The notes below the pieces were generated by a model. The model was not told where the DNA came from and made no database searches. It saw nothing but the letters and a program-made list of their open reading frames with translations. From Octopus vulgaris (taxonomy: Eukaryota): a stretch of 64,000 nucleotides of DNA. This document shows positions 26,249 through 37,149 of this stretch, piece after piece. Numbering within the stretch: position 1 is the stretch's first letter; each line of letters opens with the position of its first letter. The DNA lies in the NCBI GenBank assembly GCA_951406725.2, contig OX597826.1, positions 9,858,001 to 9,922,000 of the forward strand. Reading direction: 5' to 3'. The position numbers and the translations under genes are program-made.

Positions 26249-28588
26249 TCAAAGATTTGAAGGTGCTGTGCCTTGGTTGCTGCTAACAATAAGATCAAGC
26301 ATATATTCAAGGTGCTCAGAAGATATCTGATGAAAAACTTCCTGGTGAAATGGGACGTTGGGTAGCAACACTTTGAGAAAGGTCATTGTCTTTTGCTGCA
26401 AGGATAAGAGACACTTCTCTGGTGACTTACACAAACTTACTTTCATGTCCAGCAACATGGCTTGACCCTGTAAGGTCTTAACGTTTATTTTATCCACACT
26501 GGTATTGTCTGCACCCATGGAACATAAAGAAGTGGGTAATGATGATGATGACGATGAAGACGACGAAGAAGATGATGATGATGATAATAATAATGATGAA
26601 GATGACAGAGGTAATGAAGTTTTATCGGATGACACTGGTTTACCTGTCTCCACCAGAGAAATTGCTTCACTGATTAAAACGTCCACATCCTCTGAGTCAG
26701 TTCGAATGGACTCCAGAAATGGATACAGTTTTGGAAATAATACTGAAAACAGCAAATGTAACTTGTTACGCAGTGAGATTAGTCTTAATGTATTCTGAAC
26801 AAAAGGTTGGGAGTTACCAGGCAACTTATAAGCACACGACCGTGATCGCCGCCGCCTCTTTTTCTCTGGTGACGAAGACATACAGCACGGACACATTCGC
26901 CTTCGCCGTATCCGAGGACCTTCCTGTTCGCAGTTGGTAAAATAGTTATAGGTATAAGACGGTCGTTTATTGGCCTTGCGTCGTGTCTCTTGCACTTTAG
27001 TAATTTTGTTTACGTGTTCTAGGGGGTCAACACTGCTGTTGCTGCCACTGCTAAAGGCAGAGTCTTCAGAAAAACAACCCTGATGGGAGTTCTTGTCATA
27101 AGAATTACCAACAGGGTCGCTGTCTAACTCGGATTTAAGCGTTTCAGAGTACATACTATGCTTTAAGCAATCAATGGACTGGTCAGCCAAGTTGACACAG
27201 ATCTTAGAGTCTGTTGAATTTGCTACCTTCTCTTGATGCAATAAAAGGCTACCTGTGGTGGTCTTTGGACATTTTTTACTAGGGTCAACTGAGGATTCAC
27301 TGGAGGTAATGTCATGTTTTTCATTCGCAACAGAAGTGTTTAGACGGTTTTTTACAGACTCTGAGTTCTTAAACAGAGAGAAAATATTTTTTTCTTCGGT
27401 CTTCCAATGAACATCACCAGATTGTTGTCTTTCAGGAATGCGATGTTCATTTTCAGAAATGGAATTATTATTATTATTAGTATTGGTGCTAGAAGATTTT
27501 TTAGAACAAGAATCAGGAATAATTAAGTTTTCAGGTAGTTGACCGTGTTGACATTTATCAGAACCTGGCTTGAAAACATCGCACAATCGCACGTTTTTCA
27601 GGATGCGACGTTCCCCAGTGGGTCCAGTGGACACAGGACATTCAAGAGGTTTACGCCAAAAGCGAACATACTTTCGCCTAACAAGGCTGCAGGCAAGCTG
27701 TAGTGACTTACCATTTGCTGAGTTGAGGTTTTCTGCAGATATAGAGTGTGTTGAGTTATCGTTACATTCATCATGGCTAACTTCCACGGAAGAATGGTCT
27801 TCCTCCATGTGTCCATTTAGTAATTTTTCTTTCAGTGTATTGTCAAGTAGGCTGTCGCTGGACTGCGTCACAGAGAAAGGAGTGGGCGATTGTTCAGGTG
27901 AGTCAGCAGAATACACAAACAACTTCCGTTTAAATTCAGTGCTTGGGGACTTTTTCAACTGGGAGTATTTTTTAACAACTCGTTTACAAGTCAATTGTTT
28001 GGGTGAGGTCTTACAGGGCACACGGGTCAGTTTCTTGTGTATGCCCTCTGATAGTTGCCACTCATCAAAACACTCGCTAAGACGTTTGATACAGACAGTG
28101 GGACGGGCAGAGTTTAGGACACTATTAAAAGGCCCCCGGATGGTAGAGGTTTCAACAGCCATCACTGATAAAGGAGATCTGTCAGAATTATGGCCACATA
28201 CAGACTCCTTCAAAGCACAGCTAACATGTCGGCTAACTTCAGCAGTTAAAGAGTAAACATCATATCGAAGGTGTTCTCCAGATCTTTGTAATTTCGTTAT
28301 CCAAATTGTAAGATACTGCACAGGACTATACAGAACCCGAAGGATCAGGTGTTCATGTGCAATACCATGTAGATATTGCACAAGATTGTAGAAAGATGAA
28401 CAATTTTGTAATGATTCGTTTGAGTTTGTAACTGGAACCAATAATGCTGCCACTTGTGCAAGCCAGTGGAAACATGGCAAGAGGAATTCATCAATAACAG
28501 AAGACAGATAAGCGAAATGGCAACAAGAGTGTTGAGAAAGTCGTTTACAAGGCCATAAAGAGAAATGTTTTACACTTTGAATAGTCAT
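26249..28588 (-). CDS. Uncharacterised ~779-aa protein; CDS in one large terminal exon; Ser/Asn low-complexity middle, basic NLS-like clusters, duplicated C-terminal helical motif
   Basis: 2.34-kb stop-free non-repetitive ORF. In-frame TGA at 28601-28603 closes the frame upstream, so the first ATG is 28588 (the track's TTG at 28600 is unlikely). Strong acceptor (polyT..ttttcag) just upstream, exon starts 28616. Basic clusters RIRRRRMCPCC and KKRRRRSR. A later strong-context ATG at 28162 is an alternative start. Confidence 0.85.
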   Translation of the reverse strand: MTIQSVKHFSLWPCKRLSQHSCCHFAYLSSVIDEFLLPCFHWLAQVAALLVPVTNSNESLQNCSSFYNLVQYLHGIAHEHLILRVLYSPVQYLTIWITKLQRSGEHLRYDVYSLTAEVSRHVSCALKESVCGHNSDRSPLSVMAVETSTIRGPFNSVLNSARPTVCIKRLSECFDEWQLSEGIHKKLTRVPCKTSPKQLTCKRVVKKYSQLKKSPSTEFKRKLFVYSADSPEQSPTPFSVTQSSDSLLDNTLKEKLLNGHMEEDHSSVEVSHDECNDNSTHSISAENLNSANGKSLQLACSLVRRKYVRFWRKPLECPVSTGPTGERRILKNVRLCDVFKPGSDKCQHGQLPENLIIPDSCSKKSSSTNTNNNNNSISENEHRIPERQQSGDVHWKTEEKNIFSLFKNSESVKNRLNTSVANEKHDITSSESSVDPSKKCPKTTTGSLLLHQEKVANSTDSKICVNLADQSIDCLKHSMYSETLKSELDSDPVGNSYDKNSHQGCFSEDSAFSSGSNSSVDPLEHVNKITKVQETRRKANKRPSYTYNYFTNCEQEGPRIRRRRMCPCCMSSSPEKKRRRRSRSCAYKLPGNSQPFVQNTLRLISLRNKLHLLFSVLFPKLYPFLESIRTDSEDVDVLISEAISLVETGKPVSSDKTSLPLSSSSLLLSSSSSSSSSSSSSSSLPTSLCSMGADNTSVDKINVKTLQGQAMLLDMKVSLCKSPEKCLLSLQQKTMTFLKVLLPNVPFHQEVFHQISSEHLEYMLDLIVSSNQGTAPSNL

Positions 28589-28793
28589 ATGAAGATGCAA
28601 TCATGTCTAAAATGACCTGAAAATAGAAAAAAAAAAGAAGAATGTAAAACAGCAATAGCAATGGAAAATAAAAAACTTTATTTAGCAAACTAAATAAAGC
28701 TTAAACAAAATCAACAATTTTTTTGTCATGGAAAAGAAAACTGTGCAAATTGATGTTCTTCCACCTTAGTATGTTATAGCTTACTTTCTGCAC

Positions 28794-28794
<1 letters not shown>

Positions 28795-28830
<36 letters not shown>

Positions 28831-29005
28831 ATGTATGCATAATTATGTATGTATGTATATGTATGTATGTGTGTATATGTATGTATGTATATGTATGTGT
28901 ATATATGTATGTATGTATATGTATGTGTATATATGTATGTATGTATATGTATATGTATGTATATATATATGTATGTATATATATATGTATGTATATATAT
29001 ATATT
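28795..29005. repeat. (TA)n/(TATG)n microsatellite
   Basis: Directly visible. Confidence 0.95.
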
Positions 29006-29208
29006 ATATTCTGTTGTGTCTGGGGAGAGTCATTTTCTTTTTGTGTCTTATAATGTAACACACTCACCAGTAAAATTTCCACTTATTTCTTATTTTTATT
29101 TTCCTATTAGGAAAATAAATATAAGAAATAAGTGAAAATTTTACCGGTGAGTGTGTTACATTATAAGACACAAAAAGAAAATGACTCTCCCCAGACACAA
29201 CAGAATAT
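29006..29208. repeat. Long inverted repeat, ~100-bp arms centred on 29107
   Basis: atattctgttgtgtctgggg...ttccta-t-taggaa...ccccagacacaacagaatat; 3 mismatches by eye. Confidence 0.95.
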
Positions 29209-29673
29209 GCTTCAACACACGAACTCATATAAAGAATCTTACAAACCAAATCCAAAAACGAAATATATGTTATACATATTTGTGAAAAACAATACATAAG
29301 AGTTTATTCATTAATTTGCTGCTAAAGTTTTGATCATAATTTTTTCTGTAAGCGTTTGTGATGCTGTAACCTTCTTACACCTGGGCCACTGTGTCTAACT
29401 TTACTCTCCGTCTGGGCTCCCAAGCAACAAAGCAAAACAATTGCATATAAAGTTCAAGAGTAAGGATTTTTGGCAAACTAATGGACAGAATCTGCTGCAT
29501 CCTTTTATTTTCTGTGCCAGTAATCCAGCAGAGATGGCATTTAACTTATTCCCACTATAGCAGGAACATGGCATGACTGGATAAACTTTCAATACAAGTA
29601 TGAGTGTATGTATGCGTGTGTGTGTTAAGCAATGCTCTAGCCTTTGTCTTTTACTGGTTTTTAACCAATTATA

Positions 29674-29919
29674 TGAGGTATACTAGCCATCTCAATATGG
29701 CTAACCACTAAGGGTGGGTGTTACTGTAGCTTGTAGCCTCAGGAGAACAGTCTCCAGCTGGCTTTAGGCACACTTTTGCCTAAAGCCAGCTGGAGACTGT
29801 TCTCCTGAGGCTACAAGCTACAGTAACACCCACCCTTAGTGGTTAGTCATATTGAGATGGCTAGTATACCTCACATTGTTGTGCAGTTTACTGTTTACAC
29901 CTCGTTCAGAGATTTATTA
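29674..29919. mobile_element. Foldback insertion (97-bp arms, 29674-29873) with 13-bp TSD
   Basis: Arms pair around loop 29771-29776 with 1 mismatch; TTAACCAATTATA at 29661-29673 and 29920-29932. Confidence 0.9.
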
Positions 29920-32082
29920 TTAACCAATTATAGCAATCCCAGTACTTTTTATAGTTCTATATTTACTGATTGGTAAAGTTACCATTATGATTCAACACTG
30001 ATTTTCTTACTAAGAAGATACCAACTAAACCAGGACTATAATAAAAGACATTTATCCAATGTGCCACACAATGAGAATGAACCCAGAACCACTTGGTTAC
30101 AAAGTGAACTTCTTCACCACAGCCATGTTGATATTAAAGTCATTTGTATTGCTTGTAGCTTCTAATAAGCTATAACATACTAACACCTCATATTTAGTAC
30201 AAGCTCTTCTTTACTACTTCTTCATTATATATTCCTTATGATTTCAAGAAAATCTTACCATAGAGGTATGGCTATGTGGTTACAAAATTCATTTCATAAA
30301 TTTTTGACTGGGTTCAATCCCACTGCACTGCACCTTAAGCACGTGTCTTCTGTTATGACTCAGAACTTTGTGATTCTAAAACTTAAACATTTAGCATTTA
30401 AACCGGCCAAAATTATTCTGCCTGTTTTATGTTCAAACTGGCCAGATCTGGTCTCTCACACCAACCCTACAATATCGTTTTAAAAATTAACAGCTAACTC
30501 ATCAAAATCTCATAGTTACAAGATAATGCATGATTAGTTCAAAACAATTTGGATAAAAAAGCATTAATTTTGGGCAGAATAATGGGAACACTAAAGGGTT
30601 AAACATTTAGCTATATGTATAATATTTTAGTTAATATAAAGTACTTTGTCTTTTAGAGCTACAGCTGACATAAGTGTCCACACTCTGTATCCTATAAGTA
30701 CATATCATAATTAGAGTCTTAACTAACTCATAATCACAATTACACTTGACTAACTCACTTAAAAATCCAACCCACAAAAAGTGGAATTTGGGAAATTGAA
30801 ACTGCGCAAAAGCTGTTGCATATGCATGTGTTTACATCTAAAAGCTTGTGCTGTTTATGTCCTCTAACTTAGCTGTTCAGTAAATAGTGGTCAATGAAAT
30901 AGGTTACATAAAAAGTTGGCTCAAAGACATTACCTCTGTATGGGAACGTTCCAGTAACAGGGTTTCAATGACAAGTGCTCCAGCTGTTCAACCAACAAAA
31001 CTACCTATTCATTGGATTATTATGAAATAGGCCCCGAGTAGTTCAGATGCTCAAACATCTGGTCATGGGAAATATTACTTTACTTGGAAACAGGTAAGAG
31101 TTGGTGACAACCGGCCTCAACAAAATCTGATTGATGCAAGCATGGGAAAGTGGACATTAAAATGATATGCGTATGTACATATGTGGTGATATCACGTAAA
31201 AAGCATTCTGTGGAGTGGTTGGAGATAGGAAGGGCACCCAGATGTTGAAACTATGTCTAAACAGAATATGGAACCTGGTATGACTCCGGTCAAACTGTCC
31301 GACCAATGCCAGCATGGAAAACGGACATTAAATGATGATGATGATAGTGAAACTCTTAACATAATCCTGAAGTAGAATCATTATGAAAGTATTAGAAGGG
31401 CCTTTCAGTCAGATTTCCAGTGCATTCAACGGGCTTTGACAGCTTACATTCACCCCAACACTCTAGCAGAAAGCATATGCCCAAGGTTCCACACTGGGCT
31501 CCAATACAGGACCCTGTGATTCTAAACAAGCTTCTTAATCATTTAGCAAAGCACATACAATCTTAGGTAATGGTAAATACTTTCTCTTTTAGAGCTGCAG
31601 CTAATGTAAGTGTCCACATTTTGATCCTGTCACAAGTGCATTTCACACTCACGGTCAACACTTAACATCCAGCCCACATAACCGTATATAGAAACCCTCA
31701 TCATGTTAAGTAACATTTGTACAGCGTAGCTGATGAGTGTTTCTGTCAAGTGAAATGCTTGAGATGAAACTCATGTGATAGTGGATGTAAACTAACTCCT
31801 AATACACCAAGATATTAAAAGTTCAAGAAACTCTTGCATCCCAGTTTCTAATGGAACTTGTTCATCTCTCGATCTTCAGTAGAAATTTTATGAAGCTACT
31901 GTGTGAGATTCTTTGTATATGCTGTGCTATCAAATTATATACAATCTAAAACAGTTTAAATGTTGATCCACTTCTCGATTACACGAAAATATCTGGAAGT
32001 CAGCCAACTGTTTTTGTAGAATTTTGCTCAGAAAAGCTCTTATATGCACACAATTGTAGAAGAAACATTATACATATACATT

Positions 32083-32426
32083 AGGAGTGGCTATGTGGTA
32101 AATAGCTTGCTTACCAACCACATGATACCGGGTTCAGTCCCACTGCGTGGCACCTTGGGCAAGTGTCTTCTACTATAGCTTCGGGCCGACCAAAGCCTTG
32201 TGAGTGGATTTGGTAGACGGAAACTATATGTGTGTGCTTGTCTCTTACCCAACATCGCTTGACAACCGATGCTGGTGTATTTACATCCCTGTAACTTAGC
32301 AGTTCGGCAAAAGAGACCGATAGAATAAGTACTAGGCTTACAAAGAATAAGTCCTGGGGTCGATTTGCTCGACTAAAAGTGGTGCTCCAGCATGACCACA
32401 GTCAAATGACTGAAACAAGTAAAAGA
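32083..32426 (+). mobile_element. SINE family B
   Basis: A box tggctatgtgg, B box ggttcagtccc, body gcaccttgggcaagtgtc, tail gtaaaaga. Confidence 0.9.
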
Positions 32427-33774
32427 CTATATAATAGGTGCAAACATTGCTATGTATTTAAGAAGTTTGCGTCTTAACCATGTTTCTGTGTTCAATCCCA
32501 CTGCATTGCACCTTGGGCCAACCAAAGTCTTATGAATGGATTTGGTTGATAGAATTTGAAAAGAAGCCTGTTGTGTGTGAGAGAGAATGTTAGCATCCTC
32601 TTGTCTTGATATCACATGATAATTGTAAAAGGGGGGCCCACTGCCATTCATTTCCAATATTCAACAAGGACATGTCCAGCCATGGGGAAATATTACCTTG
32701 CTGGGAACACCTATGGGTAGGCAACAGAAAGGATATCCAGTTGTAGAAAATTTACCTCAGTTATCTCCATCTGACCCATGCAAGGATGGAAAAGTGGACG
32801 TTAAAACAATGACAACGGTTTTATATATATACATTCATATATAACCAGCCAAAATTGCAAAGATGATCTGGAACTCAACTGAGGGTAGAAAACTCTGAAT
32901 GACCCATCCTTGTTTTCTTTGTATCATCTGTCTGGATGTTTTGTGTTCTTGTCCCATTTTTGTATTTTTTATACATAAAATATATATATATATACATACA
33001 CACATGATGCCTTTTGCTTTTAAACTCAGTGACTAATCATTGCATAATACTAATAAAATTTTGTGGAACAGGTATCATAGGTAAGGTCCTAACGAGCTAA
33101 AACAATGATAGTTTCAATTCCTAAGTGTGGACATTTTACTTCATCTGACTGTGTGTATGGCAATACATAGAAGTGTGTAATACCCAACACACATATAACG
33201 GGGTTCTGGTATGGGAGTTCCAGTGTTTTGAGAAATGTGGAATTACCACACTGTTCCCAGGTTCACCCTGTCCCAGAGTAGGAGCACCTGTGAAGGTCCC
33301 ATCTAAGGGTTAATTAGCACATGATTCACTAAGTGTGCAGGATCCCTACTTATCGTTAGAACTTCCTTCTAAAAGGCAAACTCATGAAAAACGTGAAGTG
33401 CTATTTCTAGCAGCCTCAACCTCGGCTGTGCCACTGGTTTTATAGCTGATTGCCCTGAAAATGGATTCAGTGCTGTGCAACACTTTCTCCACTCACAACA
33501 GATTCACACACAAGGACTTCCTAGACATTTGCACAGACTTACTGGGTTTAGGAACTGGTGTTGCTCAGTCGCAAGTTGACGTCCACCGTAAGCATGCATG
33601 GACATTACAAAGTAAAAGTATTTCAAATTTCATGTCAATTAAGGATTTTTCATTTGGATAAACCCTAATTCAAGCCCCCCACACACTCTCTCAGTGAACA
33701 TTCTCATCAAATCACACAAACGAAATTATCGAATCAGTATTAAACAAAAAAAGACAACGAATAAATTTTTTTAC

Positions 33775-33827
33775 CTTGGTGAATACCAAAGACGTTCAGA
33801 GCAGCAACAACACTGAAATTTAATTTC
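33775..33827 (-). other. Upstream 53-nt exon of the minus-strand gene
   Basis: Minus strand reads tcttttttccttttcttttacag|GAAATT...ACCAAG|gtaaaa: long polypyrimidine tract and canonical donor. Confidence 0.75.
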
Positions 33828-34179
33828 CTGTAAAAGAAAAGGAAAAAAGAAAAGACTATAACACAACCACATGAGAAGCAATTAAAATTTTAATCGGATG
33901 TTTTTATCCAACGAAATAACGTGATGAAGAGGGAATGATTGACAGACAATATTAATTTAAGAGATATATTAACCACGTGGTATTAAATAGTGATTGCATT
34001 AATAAATATATATATATATATAACCTAATGCATGTCAGAGAAACAGAATTTATCCGTTACATGTTCAAGTTTAAAGACAAGTGAGGTGTCCCCATCGTAG
34101 AGGAAGGATCTGTTATCTTAGTAGTCAATGAAATTCGTTTACAGTTGTTTGTCCGTTCTTAATGAAGATAACGTGCACG

Positions 34180-34190
34180 CACACACACTT

Positions 34191-34236
<46 letters not shown>

Positions 34237-34435
34237 TATATATACACACACACACATATATATATATATACACACACACATATATACACACACACACACA
34301 TATATATATACACACACACACATATATATACACACACACACATATATATATACACACACATATATATACACACACACATATATATATATATACACATACA
34401 CACATACACATATATATACACACACACACACACAT

Positions 34436-34480
<45 letters not shown>

Positions 34481-34555
34481 TATATATGTATATATATACA
34501 CACACACACATATATATATATATATACACACACACTTATATATATTATATATATA
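34180..34555. repeat. (TA)n(CA)n compound microsatellite
   Basis: Directly visible. Confidence 0.95.
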
Positions 34556-34845
34556 AGTGTGAAATACATAGGCACGCACGATACATATACACATAATCAC
34601 GTTTATACAAACACGGGATTCACTGATCTGTTTAAAACCCTGAAATACGATTTCAACTCACTTCCTCCGCCAGCATCGAAGTGTTTGCAACATTTCACGT
34701 GTTTGTCCCACCTCGTCCACAGAATCCCGCTCTTGGTCCAGTGTCATGCGTGATCTTACCCCAAGTCAGTAATTGCAGTCTCTATTAGTAAAGCCTTAAA
34801 AGCCCACCCGAGACCACGATATATATATATATATATATATGTATG

Positions 34846-35029
34846 TATATATACCAATTAAGGCCTGAACACGAAAAGTGGACAGTCAACATGCTAGATA
34901 TAGACGTCAAATCGCCATTCTCCACAAAAGGTTATGTTCTCAACCTTTTGTGGAGAATGGCGATTTGACGTCTATATCTAGCATGTTGACTGTCCACTTT
35001 TCGTGTTCAGTCCGTAATTGGTATATATA
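34846..35029. repeat. Long inverted repeat, 88-bp arms, 8-nt loop
   Basis: Arms pair around 34934-34941 with 2 mismatches; right side extends to about 35113, followed by tatatatatgtatgtatatat which also flanks the left side. Confidence 0.95.
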
Positions 35030-35169
35030 AATATTTTAATCTTCGGATTCTTTTTAATATGCTAGAGCACTGGTTTTAATTGATAAATATCAATTTCTAC
35101 CCTTAATTAATATTATATATATGTATGTATATATGGAAGGAGTGAGCAGAATATGAAAGGAAAGCTTAC

Positions 35170-35243
35170 CTAGACTTTGTAAATTTTCGGTAACGTTGTA
35201 CGGGGAAAGTACAGAAAGTGAAAGGGTCTCCTTTGCGAAGTAC
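35170..35243 (-). other. Upstream 74-nt exon of the minus-strand gene
   Basis: Minus strand reads ctttcttttgcttatctttccag|GTACTT...GTCTAG|gtaagc: near-consensus acceptor and donor. Confidence 0.75.
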
Positions 35244-35630
35244 CTGGAAAGATAAGCAAAAGAAAGATTATTTACGGAAAATACCTTCAATATCTCGAAT
35301 TGAAACATACAGAAATCGTAACATTTCTAAAGAGAAATAAATCACTACATATATATATAAGTTACAAAAGGGGTCGAAGGATGTGTAGGACTTGTGTTGC
35401 GGTATATAAATAAAATTTAAATGGGGAAAAAACGGAATGCGAGCACCGCGATCGAACCGGGCTTCTATACACATATACACATTTTTAGAAATATCTATGA
35501 TACTGCAGGAATTTAGACTCCCACAACATATATATATACATACATGAGTTCCTATTGATCGTCTTCGGGCAGGTGGTAGTGAATGCCACGGCTGGAATTA
35601 GCCGTCATTTTTCAAAAATAAAGAAGACAC

Positions 35631-35700
35631 CTTCGTCATCATTAGAATAAATATTACAAAATGACGTTACTGTTTAAATCTGAAATTTAGCGACTTCCTG
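35631..35700 (-). other. Probable first exon; contains ATGATG of the candidate uORF
   Basis: Ends AAG|gtgtct (weak donor) and lies directly downstream of a CpG-containing promoter-like stretch. The 5' boundary is a guess. Confidence 0.45.
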
Positions 35701-35860
35701 TAGGCACGAAAACAAACAGGAGTTACTCCCCCTTGCTCGCATAGCACTCCCCCTTGCTCGTATAGCACCCCCTACCTCTCTCCGCATAAGGTACTGTGTG
35801 TATGCGCGCGCGAAGTTTTTGTGGGGGGGGGATTTCTTATGCGGTGTCCTGTGTCGTAAG
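35690..35860 (-). promoter_or_regulatory. Putative promoter of the minus-strand gene
   Basis: ETS-type CAGGAAGT (35693-35700), 21-bp tandem repeat (35725-35766), GCGCGCGCG and a G-run; CpG visibly more frequent from about 34.6 to 39 kb than elsewhere. Confidence 0.5.
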
Positions 35861-35863
35861 AAC

Positions 35864-36268
35864 GGATCTTTTCGGTTTGAACGGCAGTTTTTGACAATTT
35901 CTATGTAACTAAAAAGTTTTAAACTTCGTATACTGGTAGAATGTGTTTATAAAAACTTTCTCTTGGCTTTATTGAGAAAATTCTATAGTTTGTAAGATAT
36001 TTGGGTTTTTTTCAATTTCTGCAATTTCAACCAATCACTGACGTCCATTGAGGTAAACAACATTCTGTGCCGTATCAATATGTCCCTCGTTTAATAAACA
36101 GATTGAGTTTATTTACATTTGTGAAGAAAAAAAGATACCCTTCCCCCATCCCTAACCCTAACCCTAAAATAGATTGAAATGCAATAGATCGATACTAGGA
36201 TCATAATTATGGGTGACAATTTCATATGACACCGCTAGAAAAAACTGCCGTTCAAACCGAAAAGATCC
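35864..36268. mobile_element. MITE with GG..CC termini and 8-bp TSD (Merlin-like or MULE-like)
   Basis: 29-bp perfect TIR ggatcttttcggtttgaacggcagttttt; TSD GTAAGAAC at 35856-35863 and 36269-36276; internal cctaaccctaaccctaa. Confidence 0.88.
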
Positions 36269-36408
36269 GTAAGAACTTTAATTCCCAACTACATAGATCT
36301 GAGTTCAGTCGTACTTCATGGCAACTTGGACGTCTGAATCTTCTACTATAGCCCTGAGCCGAGCAAGCCATGTGGTGGATTTCAGACAGAAACTGAAAAA
36401 AAGCCCGC

Positions 36409-36476
<68 letters not shown>

Positions 36477-37149
36477 TATGTGTGTGTGTGTATCTTAGTG
36501 TTTTTCTCATCACCACCGCTTGACAATCGGAGTTAGTTTGTTCACGGCCTCTTATGACAGCGATTCGGCAAAAAGGGACCCACAGAATATATGGTACAAT
36601 ATGATTCATTTTAAGAATTTTAGGTGGATTAATAAATATCAAACAGACTACACAACAGAAGTTAATTTGAATCTGTTAAATACAATTTAGTTCTTTACTT
36701 TTCATAGATTATTTTATATTTTAAGTATATATATTTAGACTGCCTCTAGAAGACTGGAAAATCCAGAAATCCGGTCCTATATTACCAAATAATTGGTCCG
36801 GTACCAATTATAGAACCGCAACGTCAAGGGAGAGCAGCGGAAAGTGGTACCTAGGCCTTTATTTTTGTTGGTTATTTTCGTCTATTACGTTTTTAAGAAT
36901 GTCAGATTTGCAAAAAAGAAAAGAAAGAAACTGAAACCATATCTTTTATTTTTTTACCTGTTTCAGTCATTGGACTGCGACCATACTGGAACATCGCCTC
37001 GAAGGATTTTAGTCGAACAGATAGACCCCCACCCAATATTTCTTTTCTCTAAAGACTGATACTTATTCTGTCAGTTTCTTCGCCAAGTCACTAAGTTATG
37101 CGGACGTAAACGAAACGGTACTAAGGGACTAACAAAGATGCATATCTCT

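Noticed and set aside
26505-26798. Acidic poly-Asp ORF on the plus strand
   Set aside because: Reverse complement of the poly-Ser codon run.
27570-28256. 228-aa plus-strand ORF
   Set aside because: Antisense shadow of the real minus-strand CDS; TTG start and no independent support.
29777-29870. Twister-like words (TAA..GC, GGCTACAAGC) in the hairpin arm
   Set aside because: P1 and P4 cannot be formed in the required register.
30935-30984. Possible extra minus-strand exon (aacag|CTGGAG...CAGAG|gtaat)
   Set aside because: Weak polypyrimidine tract and located among decayed repeats; unsupported without RNA data, though inclusion would alter the uORF.
31730-31772. CTGATGAG...GAAAC hammerhead-like words
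   Set aside because: Stem II does not abut GAAA, and no stem I/III or NUH site could be built.
36150-36168. Telomeric (CCCTAA)n
   Set aside because: Only about 3 units, internal to a MITE.
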